From assembly GCA_963727625.1 (NCBI GenBank), contig CAVSHR010000004.1:891850-955849 (forward strand): a stretch of 64,000 nt of DNA, given 5' to 3'. Shown here in pieces: positions 18,410 through 27,799 of this stretch. The notes below the pieces were generated by a model. The model searched no databases. It saw only the letters and a list, made by a program, of their open reading frames with translations, and was not told the origin of the DNA. Within the stretch, counting starts at the first letter, position 1. Each line of letters begins with the position of its first letter. A program made the translations under genes and the position numbers. Origin of the DNA: an uncultured delta proteobacterium. GTDB lineage: Bacteria > Desulfobacterota > Binatia > UBA9968.

Positions 18410-19258
18410 ATGACGGATATCCGAGGCGTTGGGAAGAAGATCACCTACAGCGAGGACAATCCGATCAGCGCGGAGATCGACGCGCTGCGCAAAAACCGCG
18501 ACAACATCAAGCGGCCGCCCAAAGGCGACGAGGAGCGCGAGCGGTTGGCGCGCTGGCTCGCGCACCGCGGCCGCGACGAGCTCGAAGTTACGGTCGGCAC
18601 CGCGTGTTACGCCATGGCGCACTTCGAAATGGATTGCGAGTGGCGTTACTTTCTTGCCGAGCATGCCGGCACCGAGGCGGGCCACGGCTGGGGTTACATC
18701 CGCCAGGCCAATACCATCGACCCAAGCCGCGATCACTCGAAACCCGACCCGGAATTCGAGCGCCAGTACGGCCTGACGCCGCGCACCGAACACCACCAGA
18801 TCATGAAGCGCGATTTTTTGAGCTACATTTTTTCCGGCAACTTGTGGCCTTACGGCCATGTCACCGCGGCGAGCATCCAGAGCATCCAGATCACGACACC
18901 GAAACTGCTCGATTTCGAAGAGCGCGTGGTGCACGCCGAGGAGCGCACTCATCACGACGCGATTTTGCAGAAAATCCACGACTACGTGTGGGAGCAGATC
19001 GAGATTTGGGGCGAAGCGCCGATTCGCCGGCGCATCGGCGAGATCGAGAAGCAGGCGCTCAACAGCCGCCCGCGCACGGTCTTCGATCCGCCGCGACGGG
19101 AGTTCCTACGCAAATACTTCAATGTGCCGGTAGAGAACGTGCGTAAATTTCCCGCGTGGCGGGAATATCTCTATCTCAACGTTCTCGGCTTTCCGCCCGA
19201 GCCGGTTTACATCGAGAACTGGCCCGCGGAAATTCCCCAACCCAAAGCGGGGCTGTAA
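18410..19258 (+). CDS. Hypothetical protein, possibly a ferritin-like di-iron fold
   Basis: The 282-aa ORF has an SD (CAGGAGG). It carries two E-x-x-H motifs (TEAGH at residues 89-92 and EERTH at 178-181). I recognised no family. Confidence 0.5.
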   Translation: MTDIRGVGKKITYSEDNPISAEIDALRKNRDNIKRPPKGDEERERLARWLAHRGRDELEVTVGTACYAMAHFEMDCEWRYFLAEHAGTEAGHGWGYIRQANTIDPSRDHSKPDPEFERQYGLTPRTEHHQIMKRDFLSYIFSGNLWPYGHVTAASIQSIQITTPKLLDFEERVVHAEERTHHDAILQKIHDYVWEQIEIWGEAPIRRRIGEIEKQALNSRPRTVFDPPRREFLRKYFNVPVENVRKFPAWREYLYLNVLGFPPEPVYIENWPAEIPQPKAGL

Positions 19259-19489
19259 AACGCATTGCCGACTTGAGGAGAAATTCTTTCAACGGCAGCC
19301 CCGCGTCGTGTTTTTCACTTAGCCGTTTTGACCGCCAGCAAGGATACCGTCGGGCTCGCGGTGCTTCGATCAGGTCTCAAGCATCGGGCGAGGTCCGCTC
19401 CAAATCATTGACATCGTGGCAGAACCGCCTTTCGCGCAAGTTGTCACCAAGCTTGATTCACCGAATCTCTAAAGATATTCTGCTATTTT

Positions 19490-19963
19490 ATGAAACAAAC
19501 GATCCATGTCACGGTTAACGGCCGGCTCTACGAAGAAGACGTCGAGCCCCGTCTACTCTTGGCCCATTTTCTCCGCGAGAAAATCGGTCTCACCGGCACT
19601 CACATCGGCTGCGTCGTCGGCGAGTGCGGCGCCTGCTCGGTGCTGCTCGACGGTAAAGTGGTGAAATCCTGCCTCCATTTCGCCGTGCAGGCGGACGGCC
19701 GGGAAGTCACCACCATCGAAGGGCTCGCGAAAAACGGCGAGCTCAATCCGGTGCAGGAAGCGTTTGTGAAGAACTATGCATTTCAGTGCGGCTATTGCAC
19801 GCCGGGCATGGTGATGACGAGCTACGCTCTTTTGCAAACCAATCCCAACCCGTCGGAAGCGGAGATCCGCAAGGCGCTCGCCGGCAATCTTTGTATGTGC
19901 ACCGGCTATGTGCAGATCGTCGAAGCGGTCAAAGAAGCGGCAAAGGGAATGAAAAATGGCTAA
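19490..19963 (+). CDS. Molybdenum hydroxylase small [2Fe-2S] subunit, cluster 2
   Basis: It has CVVGECGACSV and CGYCTPG...CMCTGY motifs and is 157 aa long. Confidence 0.9.
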   Translation: MKQTIHVTVNGRLYEEDVEPRLLLAHFLREKIGLTGTHIGCVVGECGACSVLLDGKVVKSCLHFAVQADGREVTTIEGLAKNGELNPVQEAFVKNYAFQCGYCTPGMVMTSYALLQTNPNPSEAEIRKALAGNLCMCTGYVQIVEAVKEAAKGMKNG

Positions 19964-22382
19964 GTTTGTCGGCAATCGTTCACGAAGCAAAGAAGGTCCG
20001 CGACATGTTACGGGCAGAGGGTTATTCACCGACGATTTCACCCTGCCCGGCATGCTCCAGGCGATGATCCTGCGCAGCCCCCATGCTCACGCTAAAATTT
20101 TGTCCGTCGATCCGGCCGAGGCGCTCAAGAATCCCAACGTCTTTGCCACGATCACGCCGGATGATGTCAAGAAAATGACCAAACCCTTCAAACCCGGCCG
20201 TTACGCCGCGGGGTTGAAACGTCCCATCGATGAATACGCCGGAGCGGTGGACAAAGTCCGCTATGTCGGCGAGCCGCTCGGCGCGGTGGCGGCCAAAGAT
20301 CGGGGCACGGCGGAAGACGCTCTGGAATTGATCCAAGTCGAGTATGAGCCCCTCCGCGCCAATGTCGATGTCCATGAAGCGATCAAGCCGTCGTCCGCGG
20401 TGCTCTTCGATGAGCTCGGCACCAATCTCGCGTGGACCGGTTCGCTGCAATACGGCGACATCGATGCAGCGTTCCAATCTGCCGACCGAATCGTCAAAGA
20501 GAATTTAAAAATTCACCGTTACAGCTCGACGCCGCTCGAACCTTTCGTGGTCATCGCGTCCTACGACGCGGCGAGCAAGCGCTTGACCGTATGGGTCACG
20601 GCGCAAGTGCCGGAAGTGATCTACGACGGACTGCGCGAAACCCTCGGCCTGCAGGATGTCCGCGTGATCATTCCGGATGTCGGCGGCGGCTTCGGCCAGA
20701 AGATTCATCTGATTCGCAAATACGTCATCCTGATTTCGCTGCTGGCGATGAAAACCGGCCGGCCGGTGAAATGGATCGAAGACCGCACCGAGCATATGAT
20801 GGCCGGCGGCCACGCTTGCAACCAAGACGTCGAAGCCCAAGCCGCGGTGAAAAACGACGGCACCGTGCTCGGTCTCAAGTTCAAAGAATACGACGACGTC
20901 GGCGGCTCGATCAGCACCCTGACGATCCACTTCACCAACAAGCTCAATAATCTGTCGAACACTTACAAAACACCGGCCATATCCATGGAAGGCCACGCGG
21001 TGGTGACCAACAAGTGCCCGGTGGTTCCCAACCGCGGCATCGGCAAGCCCGGCATGTGCTTTATCTGGGAACGGATGATGGACCGGGTCGCCCAGGCGCT
21101 TAACTTGAGCCCCATCGAAGTGCGGCGCAAAAATTTGATCCAGGCCGACCAGATGCCCTACACCACGATCAGCGGCAACGTTTACGACAGCGGCGATTAT
21201 CCCGGCCTGCTGAAAACGCTCCTGGAAAAAATCGACTACGACAAGCTCCGCGACGATCAGAAAAAAGCCCGCGCGGAAGGCAAGCTCATGGGCATCGGCG
21301 TCGTCATCGGTGTCGAGCCCGGCGGACGCAACGCCGCGCGCGACATGGCGATCTTTCCGGAAATGAAAGAGCCGCCCGGCTCCGGCGGCATCAACGGCGC
21401 AAAAATCAAACTCGAGAAGAACGGCACGCTCTCGCTCCATCTGGGCTCGCCCAACTGCGGCCAGGCCCATGAGACCACCACCGCGCAGGTCGCCGCCGAG
21501 ATTCTCGGCTCGACGCCGGACAGAATCAGCACCAGCATCCCCTTCGATAGCGATCTGTCTTCGTGGGGCGTGGCGGCGGCCAACAGCGGCAATAATTTTC
21601 ATCTCTACGACATCGGCGCGATTCACGGCGCGGCCCATAAGCTGCGCGATAAAATCCTCAAGCTCGCGGCCTACAATCTCAAAGTCGAGCCGTCGGCGTT
21701 ATCCATCGAAGACAGCGTAGTGAAAGTGCCCGGCGCGCCGGCCAAACAAATCACCTTCGCCGAGCTCGGCCGGATCGCCTACAACAACCAGCATCTGATT
21801 CCAGACGATATGGAGGCCGGACTGGAGGCGACCCATTACTACACGTTTCCCCACGCCAAGCCCAATATCGTGCCCGGCGCCGACCGCAGGGTGCGCGCCC
21901 AGTTCTCCTTTTCCGCCGGTGCCCACGCGGCCATCGTGGAAGTGGACAAGAATACCGGCTCGGTGCATGTGCTGCGCTATCTGATCGTCGGCGACAACGG
22001 CGTGGTGATCAATCCGGACGTGGTCAACGGGCAGGTCTACGGCTCCGCCGCGCACGGTATCGCTGTCGCGCTCGGCGAGGGGTTCATGTACAGCCCGGAA
22101 GGGCAGCCGTTGACGATCACTTATCTCGACTACGGCAAATGTTCGACAGCCGAGACACCGCGGGTCGAGGTCATCCATCAGCCCTCCCCCTCGCCGTTTA
22201 CGGCGCTGGGGCAGAAGGCCGCCGGCGAAGGCGCGGCGATCCCCTCGCCCGCCGCCATCGCCAGCGCGGTGGAAGACGCGCTCCAACCGTTCGGCGTGAA
22301 AGTTTGCGATCTTCCGATCACACCGGAATCGGTGTGGCGCTTGATCAACCACAATCCGGAAAAAGAGCGGAGGACCTTCTAG
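19956..22382 (+). CDS. Molybdenum hydroxylase large subunit, cluster 2
   Basis: The 808-aa ORF has a GGGFGQK motif and the family architecture. It overlaps the small-subunit gene by 8 nt. Confidence 0.9.
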   Translation: MAKFVGNRSRSKEGPRHVTGRGLFTDDFTLPGMLQAMILRSPHAHAKILSVDPAEALKNPNVFATITPDDVKKMTKPFKPGRYAAGLKRPIDEYAGAVDKVRYVGEPLGAVAAKDRGTAEDALELIQVEYEPLRANVDVHEAIKPSSAVLFDELGTNLAWTGSLQYGDIDAAFQSADRIVKENLKIHRYSSTPLEPFVVIASYDAASKRLTVWVTAQVPEVIYDGLRETLGLQDVRVIIPDVGGGFGQKIHLIRKYVILISLLAMKTGRPVKWIEDRTEHMMAGGHACNQDVEAQAAVKNDGTVLGLKFKEYDDVGGSISTLTIHFTNKLNNLSNTYKTPAISMEGHAVVTNKCPVVPNRGIGKPGMCFIWERMMDRVAQALNLSPIEVRRKNLIQADQMPYTTISGNVYDSGDYPGLLKTLLEKIDYDKLRDDQKKARAEGKLMGIGVVIGVEPGGRNAARDMAIFPEMKEPPGSGGINGAKIKLEKNGTLSLHLGSPNCGQAHETTTAQVAAEILGSTPDRISTSIPFDSDLSSWGVAAANSGNNFHLYDIGAIHGAAHKLRDKILKLAAYNLKVEPSALSIEDSVVKVPGAPAKQITFAELGRIAYNNQHLIPDDMEAGLEATHYYTFPHAKPNIVPGADRRVRAQFSFSAGAHAAIVEVDKNTGSVHVLRYLIVGDNGVVINPDVVNGQVYGSAAHGIAVALGEGFMYSPEGQPLTITYLDYGKCSTAETPRVEVIHQPSPSPFTALGQKAAGEGAAIPSPAAIASAVEDALQPFGVKVCDLPITPESVWRLINHNPEKERRTF

Positions 22383-23240
22383 ATGATTCCCGGTGCTTTC
22401 GAATACTATGCGCCCCGCACTTTGAGCGATGCGGTGAGATTCCTCGCCGACCATAGAGACGATGTAAAAATACTTTCCGGCGGCCAGAGCCTGCTGCCGC
22501 TCATGAAGATGCGCTTGTCCAAGCCCGCTTTTGTCGTCGACATCGGCCGCATACCCGGTCTCGACACCATCCAACAGGAAGGCGACGATCTCGTCGTCGG
22601 CGCGCTGGTGACCCACGAACAAATCGAGCACTCCGATCTGCTCAAATTGAAATGCCCGCTACTGCCTCAGACCGCGACGACCATCGCCGACGTCCAGGTG
22701 CGTAACCGCGGCACCATCGGAGGCAGCGTCGCCCACGCCGATCCGGCCGGGGATTGGCCGGCAACCGTTATGGCGCTGGACGCGGAAATCAAGATCGTCG
22801 GGCCCAACGGCGAGCGCTGGATTAAATGCGATGAGTTTTTTCTCGGGTTGCTCATGAGCGTGCTCGAGCCGGACGAGATCGTCACGGCGATAAAGGTGCC
22901 GGTTACCGGCGCGGATAAAACCGCTTATTTAAAAGCCGCGCCGCGCTCTTCCGGTTTTGCCGTCGTCGGCGTCGCCGTACGACTGGCTCTGGATTCTGCG
23001 GGAACTTGCAGTGGCGCTACGGTCGGCATCACCGGCGTCACCGATAAGGCCTACCGTGCCGACCGCGTCGAACAAATACTTACGGGCAAGAAGCTGGAAG
23101 CAGCCGTGATTCAACAAGCAGCTGCCCAAGCCTGCCGCAACATCGAAGTGATCGAAGACATCAACGGCTCTTCCGAGTACCGCAAGCACTTGACCGAAGT
23201 GTATGTGGCGCGGACTATAGAGACGGCGCTGCGGCGCTAG
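22383..23240 (+). CDS. Molybdenum hydroxylase medium (FAD-binding) subunit, cluster 2
   Basis: The start is immediately adjacent to the large-subunit stop. It shows the pattern ...KILSGGQSLLPLMKMRL... and the C-terminal SSEYRKHL typical of CoxM/XdhB-like subunits. Confidence 0.9.
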   Translation: MIPGAFEYYAPRTLSDAVRFLADHRDDVKILSGGQSLLPLMKMRLSKPAFVVDIGRIPGLDTIQQEGDDLVVGALVTHEQIEHSDLLKLKCPLLPQTATTIADVQVRNRGTIGGSVAHADPAGDWPATVMALDAEIKIVGPNGERWIKCDEFFLGLLMSVLEPDEIVTAIKVPVTGADKTAYLKAAPRSSGFAVVGVAVRLALDSAGTCSGATVGITGVTDKAYRADRVEQILTGKKLEAAVIQQAAAQACRNIEVIEDINGSSEYRKHLTEVYVARTIETALRR

Positions 23241-23321
23241 CCAACCTCGCTACCCCCTTTCAACCCGCTTCGAGACGACGACCGGCGCTCCCGCCGCGCA
23301 AGTTCCCCCCGGGAAACGCGG

Positions 23322-24206
23322 CTAAAGCATCCGTCTCCGTAAATACGAACTTAGGTAATCCACCAGCGTTACCAGAATATAGATCGCCATGATCAGCGTC
23401 AGCAACTGATTTTCGAGAAACAAGCTGATGGCGATATAGATGCGCTGTCCCAGGCCGCCCGCGCCGACAAAGCCGAGGACGGCGGCGACGCGGATATTCA
23501 CCTCCCAACGATAAAGCGTGTAAGAAATAAATTGCGGCAGGACCTGCGGCACGATCCCGTAGAAAAAAATTTGCAACTTGTTGGCGCCAGTGGCTTGCAG
23601 CGATTCGATGGGCTGAGGATCGACGTCCTCCAGAACCTCACCGAACAATTTGCCGAGCACGCCGCCCGTGTGAACGCCCAGAGCCAAGACACCGGGAAAT
23701 GGGCCTAAACCGACGAGGAATACAAAAATCAACGCCCAAACCATTTCCGGTATCGTGCGCAGGATATTAAGCAAGCTCTTGGCAACTAGGTAGGGCAGGA
23801 AACGCAGGCCGCGGCGCCAGCCCTGTTTAGGCTCCATCTCGTATAGCAGTCCCGAGTAAATCAGATTGCGCGACGCAAAAAAGACCATCGCCAGCGCGAT
23901 CACCACCGCCATCAGGGTGCCCATGAACGATATTGCGAAGGTCTCGACCGAGCCCGTGGCCGCTTCGCGCAGAACGGTGGGCGAAAAATCGGGCGGGACG
24001 AGCCTCGTCATGTAGATAAGAATCTGCTCGCCGCCATCGCGACTGAAGAGCTGGGTGAGATCGATGCCGGCACCGCGGTAACTCCACACGAGAAATACCA
24101 ACATGCCGGCAAGAACCAGCGTGTTGGCGATCTTCGAACTCTTCCCGGATACCGCACCCGAGACCGGTATCGTCTCGCAGCTATTGGGATTCATCGGCCG
24201 GCTCAT
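23322..24206 (-). CDS. phnE: Phosphonate ABC transporter permease
   Basis: This multi-TM protein is a paralogue of the upstream permease. Its start overlaps the upstream stop (ATGA), and it sits in the phnDCEE gene order. Confidence 0.85.
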   Translation of the reverse strand: MSRPMNPNSCETIPVSGAVSGKSSKIANTLVLAGMLVFLVWSYRGAGIDLTQLFSRDGGEQILIYMTRLVPPDFSPTVLREAATGSVETFAISFMGTLMAVVIALAMVFFASRNLIYSGLLYEMEPKQGWRRGLRFLPYLVAKSLLNILRTIPEMVWALIFVFLVGLGPFPGVLALGVHTGGVLGKLFGEVLEDVDPQPIESLQATGANKLQIFFYGIVPQVLPQFISYTLYRWEVNIRVAAVLGFVGAGGLGQRIYIAISLFLENQLLTLIMAIYILVTLVDYLSSYLRRRML

Positions 24207-25057
24207 ATCATCGCGCGCACCTTGGCGCTCACGTAATCGACCGCCGCCACCATGACGAACAGAATCATGAGAATCGTCAGCACCTCGTTGAAATTGAACA
24301 TGCGCATGGAAATCTCAATCTGCTGGCCCAAGCCCCCCGCGCCGACCAGGCCAAGAATCGCCGACGCGCGCACCGCGCATTCCCAACGGTATAAAGTGTA
24401 GGAGACGAAATTTGGCAGGGCTTGGGGAAACCAGCCGTAGAAAAAAATTTGCAGCTTGTTGGCGCCGACGGCCTGCAGCGCCTCGAGCGGGCGGTGATTG
24501 ACCGCTTCGAAAATTTCAGAATATACCTTGCCGAGCATACCGCCGTAAGCGACACCGATCGCCAGCACGCCCGGAAACGGCCCCAGTCCGACAGCGCGCA
24601 CGAACATAAATGCCCAGACAAACTCGGGGATACAGCGAAACAGGCTAAGGACGCCGCGCGCGAAAGCATAGGCAGCGTAGCGCATCCCCTTGCGCAGCGG
24701 CGTTCCCTGCAACTCCGCTTCATTGAGGATGCCCCGAACGGTCAGCGTATTGGTGCCGAGCAAGCCGAGCGGAAAGCCAATCAGCACGGCGATGAGAATG
24801 CCCCAAAAAGAGATTTGAATGGTTTCCAGGGTCGGTCGCAGCATGAGCGACAAAAAACTGCCGGAAAGCTCCGGCGGAAACATTCCGGTAATGAATTTTC
24901 CCAACGCCGCTCTGCCGCGCGGCTCGAAGAAAATCATCGGATCGACACCAGCCCGCCGCCAGCTTTCGACCACGGCGAAAATGAAGAGCCCGATAAAAAC
25001 GTAAGGGAAAAGAGACTTATCCGACTGACGGATAGGCGACTGGACCGATTCTTTCAC
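24203..25057 (-). CDS. phnE: Phosphonate ABC transporter permease
   Basis: This is a multi-TM PhnE-like protein. The track start at 25120 overlaps phnC by 104 nt, so the start was trimmed to the GTG at 25057 (uncertain). Confidence 0.8.
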   Translation of the reverse strand: MKESVQSPIRQSDKSLFPYVFIGLFIFAVVESWRRAGVDPMIFFEPRGRAALGKFITGMFPPELSGSFLSLMLRPTLETIQISFWGILIAVLIGFPLGLLGTNTLTVRGILNEAELQGTPLRKGMRYAAYAFARGVLSLFRCIPEFVWAFMFVRAVGLGPFPGVLAIGVAYGGMLGKVYSEIFEAVNHRPLEALQAVGANKLQIFFYGWFPQALPNFVSYTLYRWECAVRASAILGLVGAGGLGQQIEISMRMFNFNEVLTILMILFVMVAAVDYVSAKVRAMI

Positions 25058-25847
25058 TCGCTCCCTCGACGCTGGAGTGATCGCGGAAATTGCCGGAGTA
25101 CAAATCCTCGAGCATCGCATCCGTGATCTTGTCAGGCGCGAGATCGAAGGCTATCTTGCCCGCTTTTATACCAATGACGCGGGGGAAATAGGCCAGGGCC
25201 AGGTCGACGCTGTGAAGACTGACGATCAGTGTTTTCGCGGTGTTTTGGCTGATTTCGATCAACAACCGAACGATGGTTGTGGCCAGCGTGGGATCGACCG
25301 AAGAAACCGGTTCATCGGCGAGAACCACCTCAGGACCTTGCATCAACACCCGGGCGATCGCGACCCGTTGCTGTTGCCCGCCGGACAGCTCGTCGGTGCG
25401 CTCGAAAAGTTTCTCACCGATGCCAACCCGGCTGAGCGCTTCGTGGGCCAGCGTCACATTCGCAGGTTTCACCAAAGACCACAGCGAACGGAGTGTCGAC
25501 CAGCCGCCCAGTTGCCCGGCCAGGACGTTGTGAATCACGCGCAGGCGGGGCACGAGATTGTGCTGCTGGTATACACTGCCGATAAGACGGCGCGTGCGCC
25601 GCAAATCCTTACCGTGCAGCGCTTGTACATCTTCCCCGCTGATCCAGAGCTTCCCCGAGGTCGGCCTTAACGTACAATTTAGCAGGCGAAACAGTGTAGT
25701 CTTACCGGCACCGCTCGGTCCGATCAGAGCGACGCGCTGGCCTTTGGCGATCTCAACACTGACGCCATCGAGGGCAACTTGATGGCGGCCAAACAGCTTG
25801 CGGACGTTTTCTAAGCGATACTGGAACTTCGATGGCAATGGACTCAC
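25017..25847 (-). CDS. phnC: Phosphonate ABC transporter ATP-binding protein
   Basis: It has Walker A GPSGAGKTT, the signature LSGGQQQR and Walker B VVLADEP. Confidence 0.9.
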   Translation of the reverse strand: MSPLPSKFQYRLENVRKLFGRHQVALDGVSVEIAKGQRVALIGPSGAGKTTLFRLLNCTLRPTSGKLWISGEDVQALHGKDLRRTRRLIGSVYQQHNLVPRLRVIHNVLAGQLGGWSTLRSLWSLVKPANVTLAHEALSRVGIGEKLFERTDELSGGQQQRVAIARVLMQGPEVVLADEPVSSVDPTLATTIVRLLIEISQNTAKTLIVSLHSVDLALAYFPRVIGIKAGKIAFDLAPDKITDAMLEDLYSGNFRDHSSVEGASERIGPVAYPSVG

Positions 25848-25850
25848 GCG

Positions 25851-26708
25851 TTATTTAAGCAACCCCGCGGCAATCGCCGCTTCTTCGATGCCCTTCCAGT
25901 CCGCATCCTTGGCGACGATGTAGCCTTTGGTCCGATGCAGATCGAGAAGTTTCTTGTCTTTCGGTTTTCTGTAGTCGAGCTTCAAAAACGCCTTGGTAAT
26001 CTTGTCGACCGTCCCTTTGTCGACTCCGGCGCGCACCATCCAGACATAATCAACATAAGGAGGAGTCGTCCAGAAAATCACCACCTTTTTGGTGTCCACC
26101 TTCTTGGATTGCACCAGCTTGTCCCAAACCAGAAAATTGAGCGCGCCCGCGTCTACCTGCCCCGCTTCAACCCAAGCCGCGGTGGCGTCATGAGCGCCGC
26201 TGAAACTGAACTTGGAAAAATCCTTTTCAGGATTGATTCCGTTCTTAAGCAGATAATAACGCGGCATGAGATGCCCGGAGGTTGAGCTGACGCTGCCGAA
26301 GGCGAAGGTTTTGCCCTTGAGATCCTTCAAAGACTTGATACCGGTTTCTTTGCGGGTAATGAAATAACTTTTGAATTGCGCGTCCTCTTTGCGCATGATG
26401 ATGCGGTGCGCTCCTTTGGCCTGTTTCGCTGCTTGGACGGAGGTCAAGCCGCCGTACCACACCATCTCCAAGCGATTCGCCGCCAGGCCTTCCACCGTCG
26501 CGGCGTAATCGACCACAGGGGTGAATTTCACCGGTATCCCGATCTCTTTGGTCAGATAATCCGCGAACGGCTGGTAAATCCGCAGCATTTCTTGCGGGTT
26601 TTCATCCGGGATCGCCGAAATCCGCAGCGCTTTCAAAGCTTGAGCTGAAACGTTCTGAGTGAACAGTGCGAGCAGCAGCGCGAAACCCATTGTGAGTGTT
26701 TTATTCAT
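25851..26708 (-). CDS. phnD: Phosphonate/phosphite ABC transporter substrate-binding protein
   Basis: It is PhnD-like (...TPVVDYAATVEGLAANRLEMVWYGG...), with signal peptide MNKTLTMGFALLLALFTQNVSAQA and a GGAGG SD before the ATG at 26708. Confidence 0.85.
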   Translation of the reverse strand: MNKTLTMGFALLLALFTQNVSAQALKALRISAIPDENPQEMLRIYQPFADYLTKEIGIPVKFTPVVDYAATVEGLAANRLEMVWYGGLTSVQAAKQAKGAHRIIMRKEDAQFKSYFITRKETGIKSLKDLKGKTFAFGSVSSTSGHLMPRYYLLKNGINPEKDFSKFSFSGAHDATAAWVEAGQVDAGALNFLVWDKLVQSKKVDTKKVVIFWTTPPYVDYVWMVRAGVDKGTVDKITKAFLKLDYRKPKDKKLLDLHRTKGYIVAKDADWKGIEEAAIAAGLLK

Positions 26709-26746
26709 CGACAATTCCTCCAAGACTCCATCGACGGTTAATTAAA

Positions 26747-26775
26747 CTTAAATAACAAGAAAAACTATATGTCAA
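26747..26775 (-). promoter_or_regulatory. Candidate sigma70 promoter of phnDCEE
   Basis: On the minus strand there is TTGACA (26775..26770), a 17-nt spacer and TTTAAG (26752..26747), in an AT-rich spacer upstream of phnD. Confidence 0.3.
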
Positions 26776-26880
26776 ATAGAATTGATCTATGGACCCGGAC
26801 AAGTCCGGCTTCGCAACCATCGAATTGCCGATTTCAACGGCAGGAAGGGTCTGAATCCAGTCCAAAGGCGCAGAACGGTG

Positions 26881-27351
26881 CTAAGAATTTTCCCTGAGAA
26901 ACGCCAAAACTTCTTGGGGATGGGCCTCGGCTTTCTTAACGGCAGGCCAATGTTTGACGACTTCGCCCTTCGGTCCGATCACAACGGTGGAACGGATCGT
27001 GCCTTCGACTTCTTTGCCGTACATCATCTTCCGTCCCCACGCGCCGTATTTCTTCATCATTTCGGTTTTCGGGTCCGACAACAAAACGAAGGGCAGCTTG
27101 AAACTTTCAACGAACTTGTTATGCGACGCGATGCTGTCCTTGCTCACACCGAGCACGACAACACCGGACTTTTTCAAGTTCGGTGTCAGATCGCGGAACC
27201 CACAGGCTTCTTTGGCGCAGCCCGGGGTGTTGTCCTTGGGATAGAAATACAACACCAGAGTCCTGCCCTTGTAATCGTCCAGCGAGTGTTTTTTCCCGTC
27301 GTTGCCATCGAGGCTGAACGCCGGCGCTTTTTTGCCTTCAAGATTTTTCAT
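26881..27351 (-). CDS. bcp: Thioredoxin-dependent peroxiredoxin Bcp (Cys form)
   Basis: It reads [20 protein letters not shown], with peroxidatic and resolving Cys spaced C-x4-C, and is 156 aa long. Confidence 0.9.
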   Translation of the reverse strand: MKNLEGKKAPAFSLDGNDGKKHSLDDYKGRTLVLYFYPKDNTPGCAKEACGFRDLTPNLKKSGVVVLGVSKDSIASHNKFVESFKLPFVLLSDPKTEMMKKYGAWGRKMMYGKEVEGTIRSTVVIGPKGEVVKHWPAVKKAEAHPQEVLAFLRENS

Positions 27352-27488
27352 CGGTATTTAATTCCTCCTCGATGGCTGCCGTAATTTTTCTTAGATAACG
27401 GAAATACCCGTCATGCCAACAGAGCCGGCTCGGCGTTGCCTGTCTAAAAGAGGCTCATCTGAGCCGATCCATGGGACATTCCCGGTGT

Positions 27489-27770
27489 TCATTCGGTCAC
27501 GTTGACGCCACGCCAAAACGCGACGTAGTTCCTGATTCGCTGTGCCGCCTGCTTGGGCTCGGGGTAGTACCAGGCGGCGTCTTGATTCAACTGGTCGCCG
27601 ACCTGCACGTGATAGTAGCTGGCCAGTCCCTTCCATGGGCAGGTCGTGTGCTTGTCGCTGGGACGAAAAAGGTCTCGCTTCACCGAGTTCGGCGGAAAAT
27701 AGTGATTGCCCTCCACTTGAAGGGTTTGATCAGACTCTGCCAAGACCGCCCCGTGCCAAATTGCCTTCAT
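27489..27770 (-). CDS. DUF427-domain protein
   Basis: The pattern MKAIWHGAVLAESDQTLQVEGNHYFP...CPWKGLASYY is the DUF427 pattern. A GGAGGAG SD precedes the ATG at 27770. Confidence 0.8.
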   Translation of the reverse strand: MKAIWHGAVLAESDQTLQVEGNHYFPPNSVKRDLFRPSDKHTTCPWKGLASYYHVQVGDQLNQDAAWYYPEPKQAAQRIRNYVAFWRGVNVTE

Positions 27771-27799
27771 TTGATTCTCCTCCCAAGGTCCGACGACTG

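Noticed and set aside
19400-19440. A possible sigma54 promoter (TGGCAG...) or a TTGACA -35 box lies upstream of the cluster-2 small-subunit gene.
   Set aside because: The GG/GC spacing does not fit the -24/-12 consensus, and no acceptable -10 hexamer lies 17 nt after the TTGACA.
23241-23321. A small hairpin (TTCCC-CCC-GGGAA within CCGCG...CGCGG) lies between the convergent cluster-2 FAD-subunit gene and phnE, and could be a bidirectional terminator.
   Set aside because: The stems are only 5 bp with no flanking T/A tracts, which is too weak to call.
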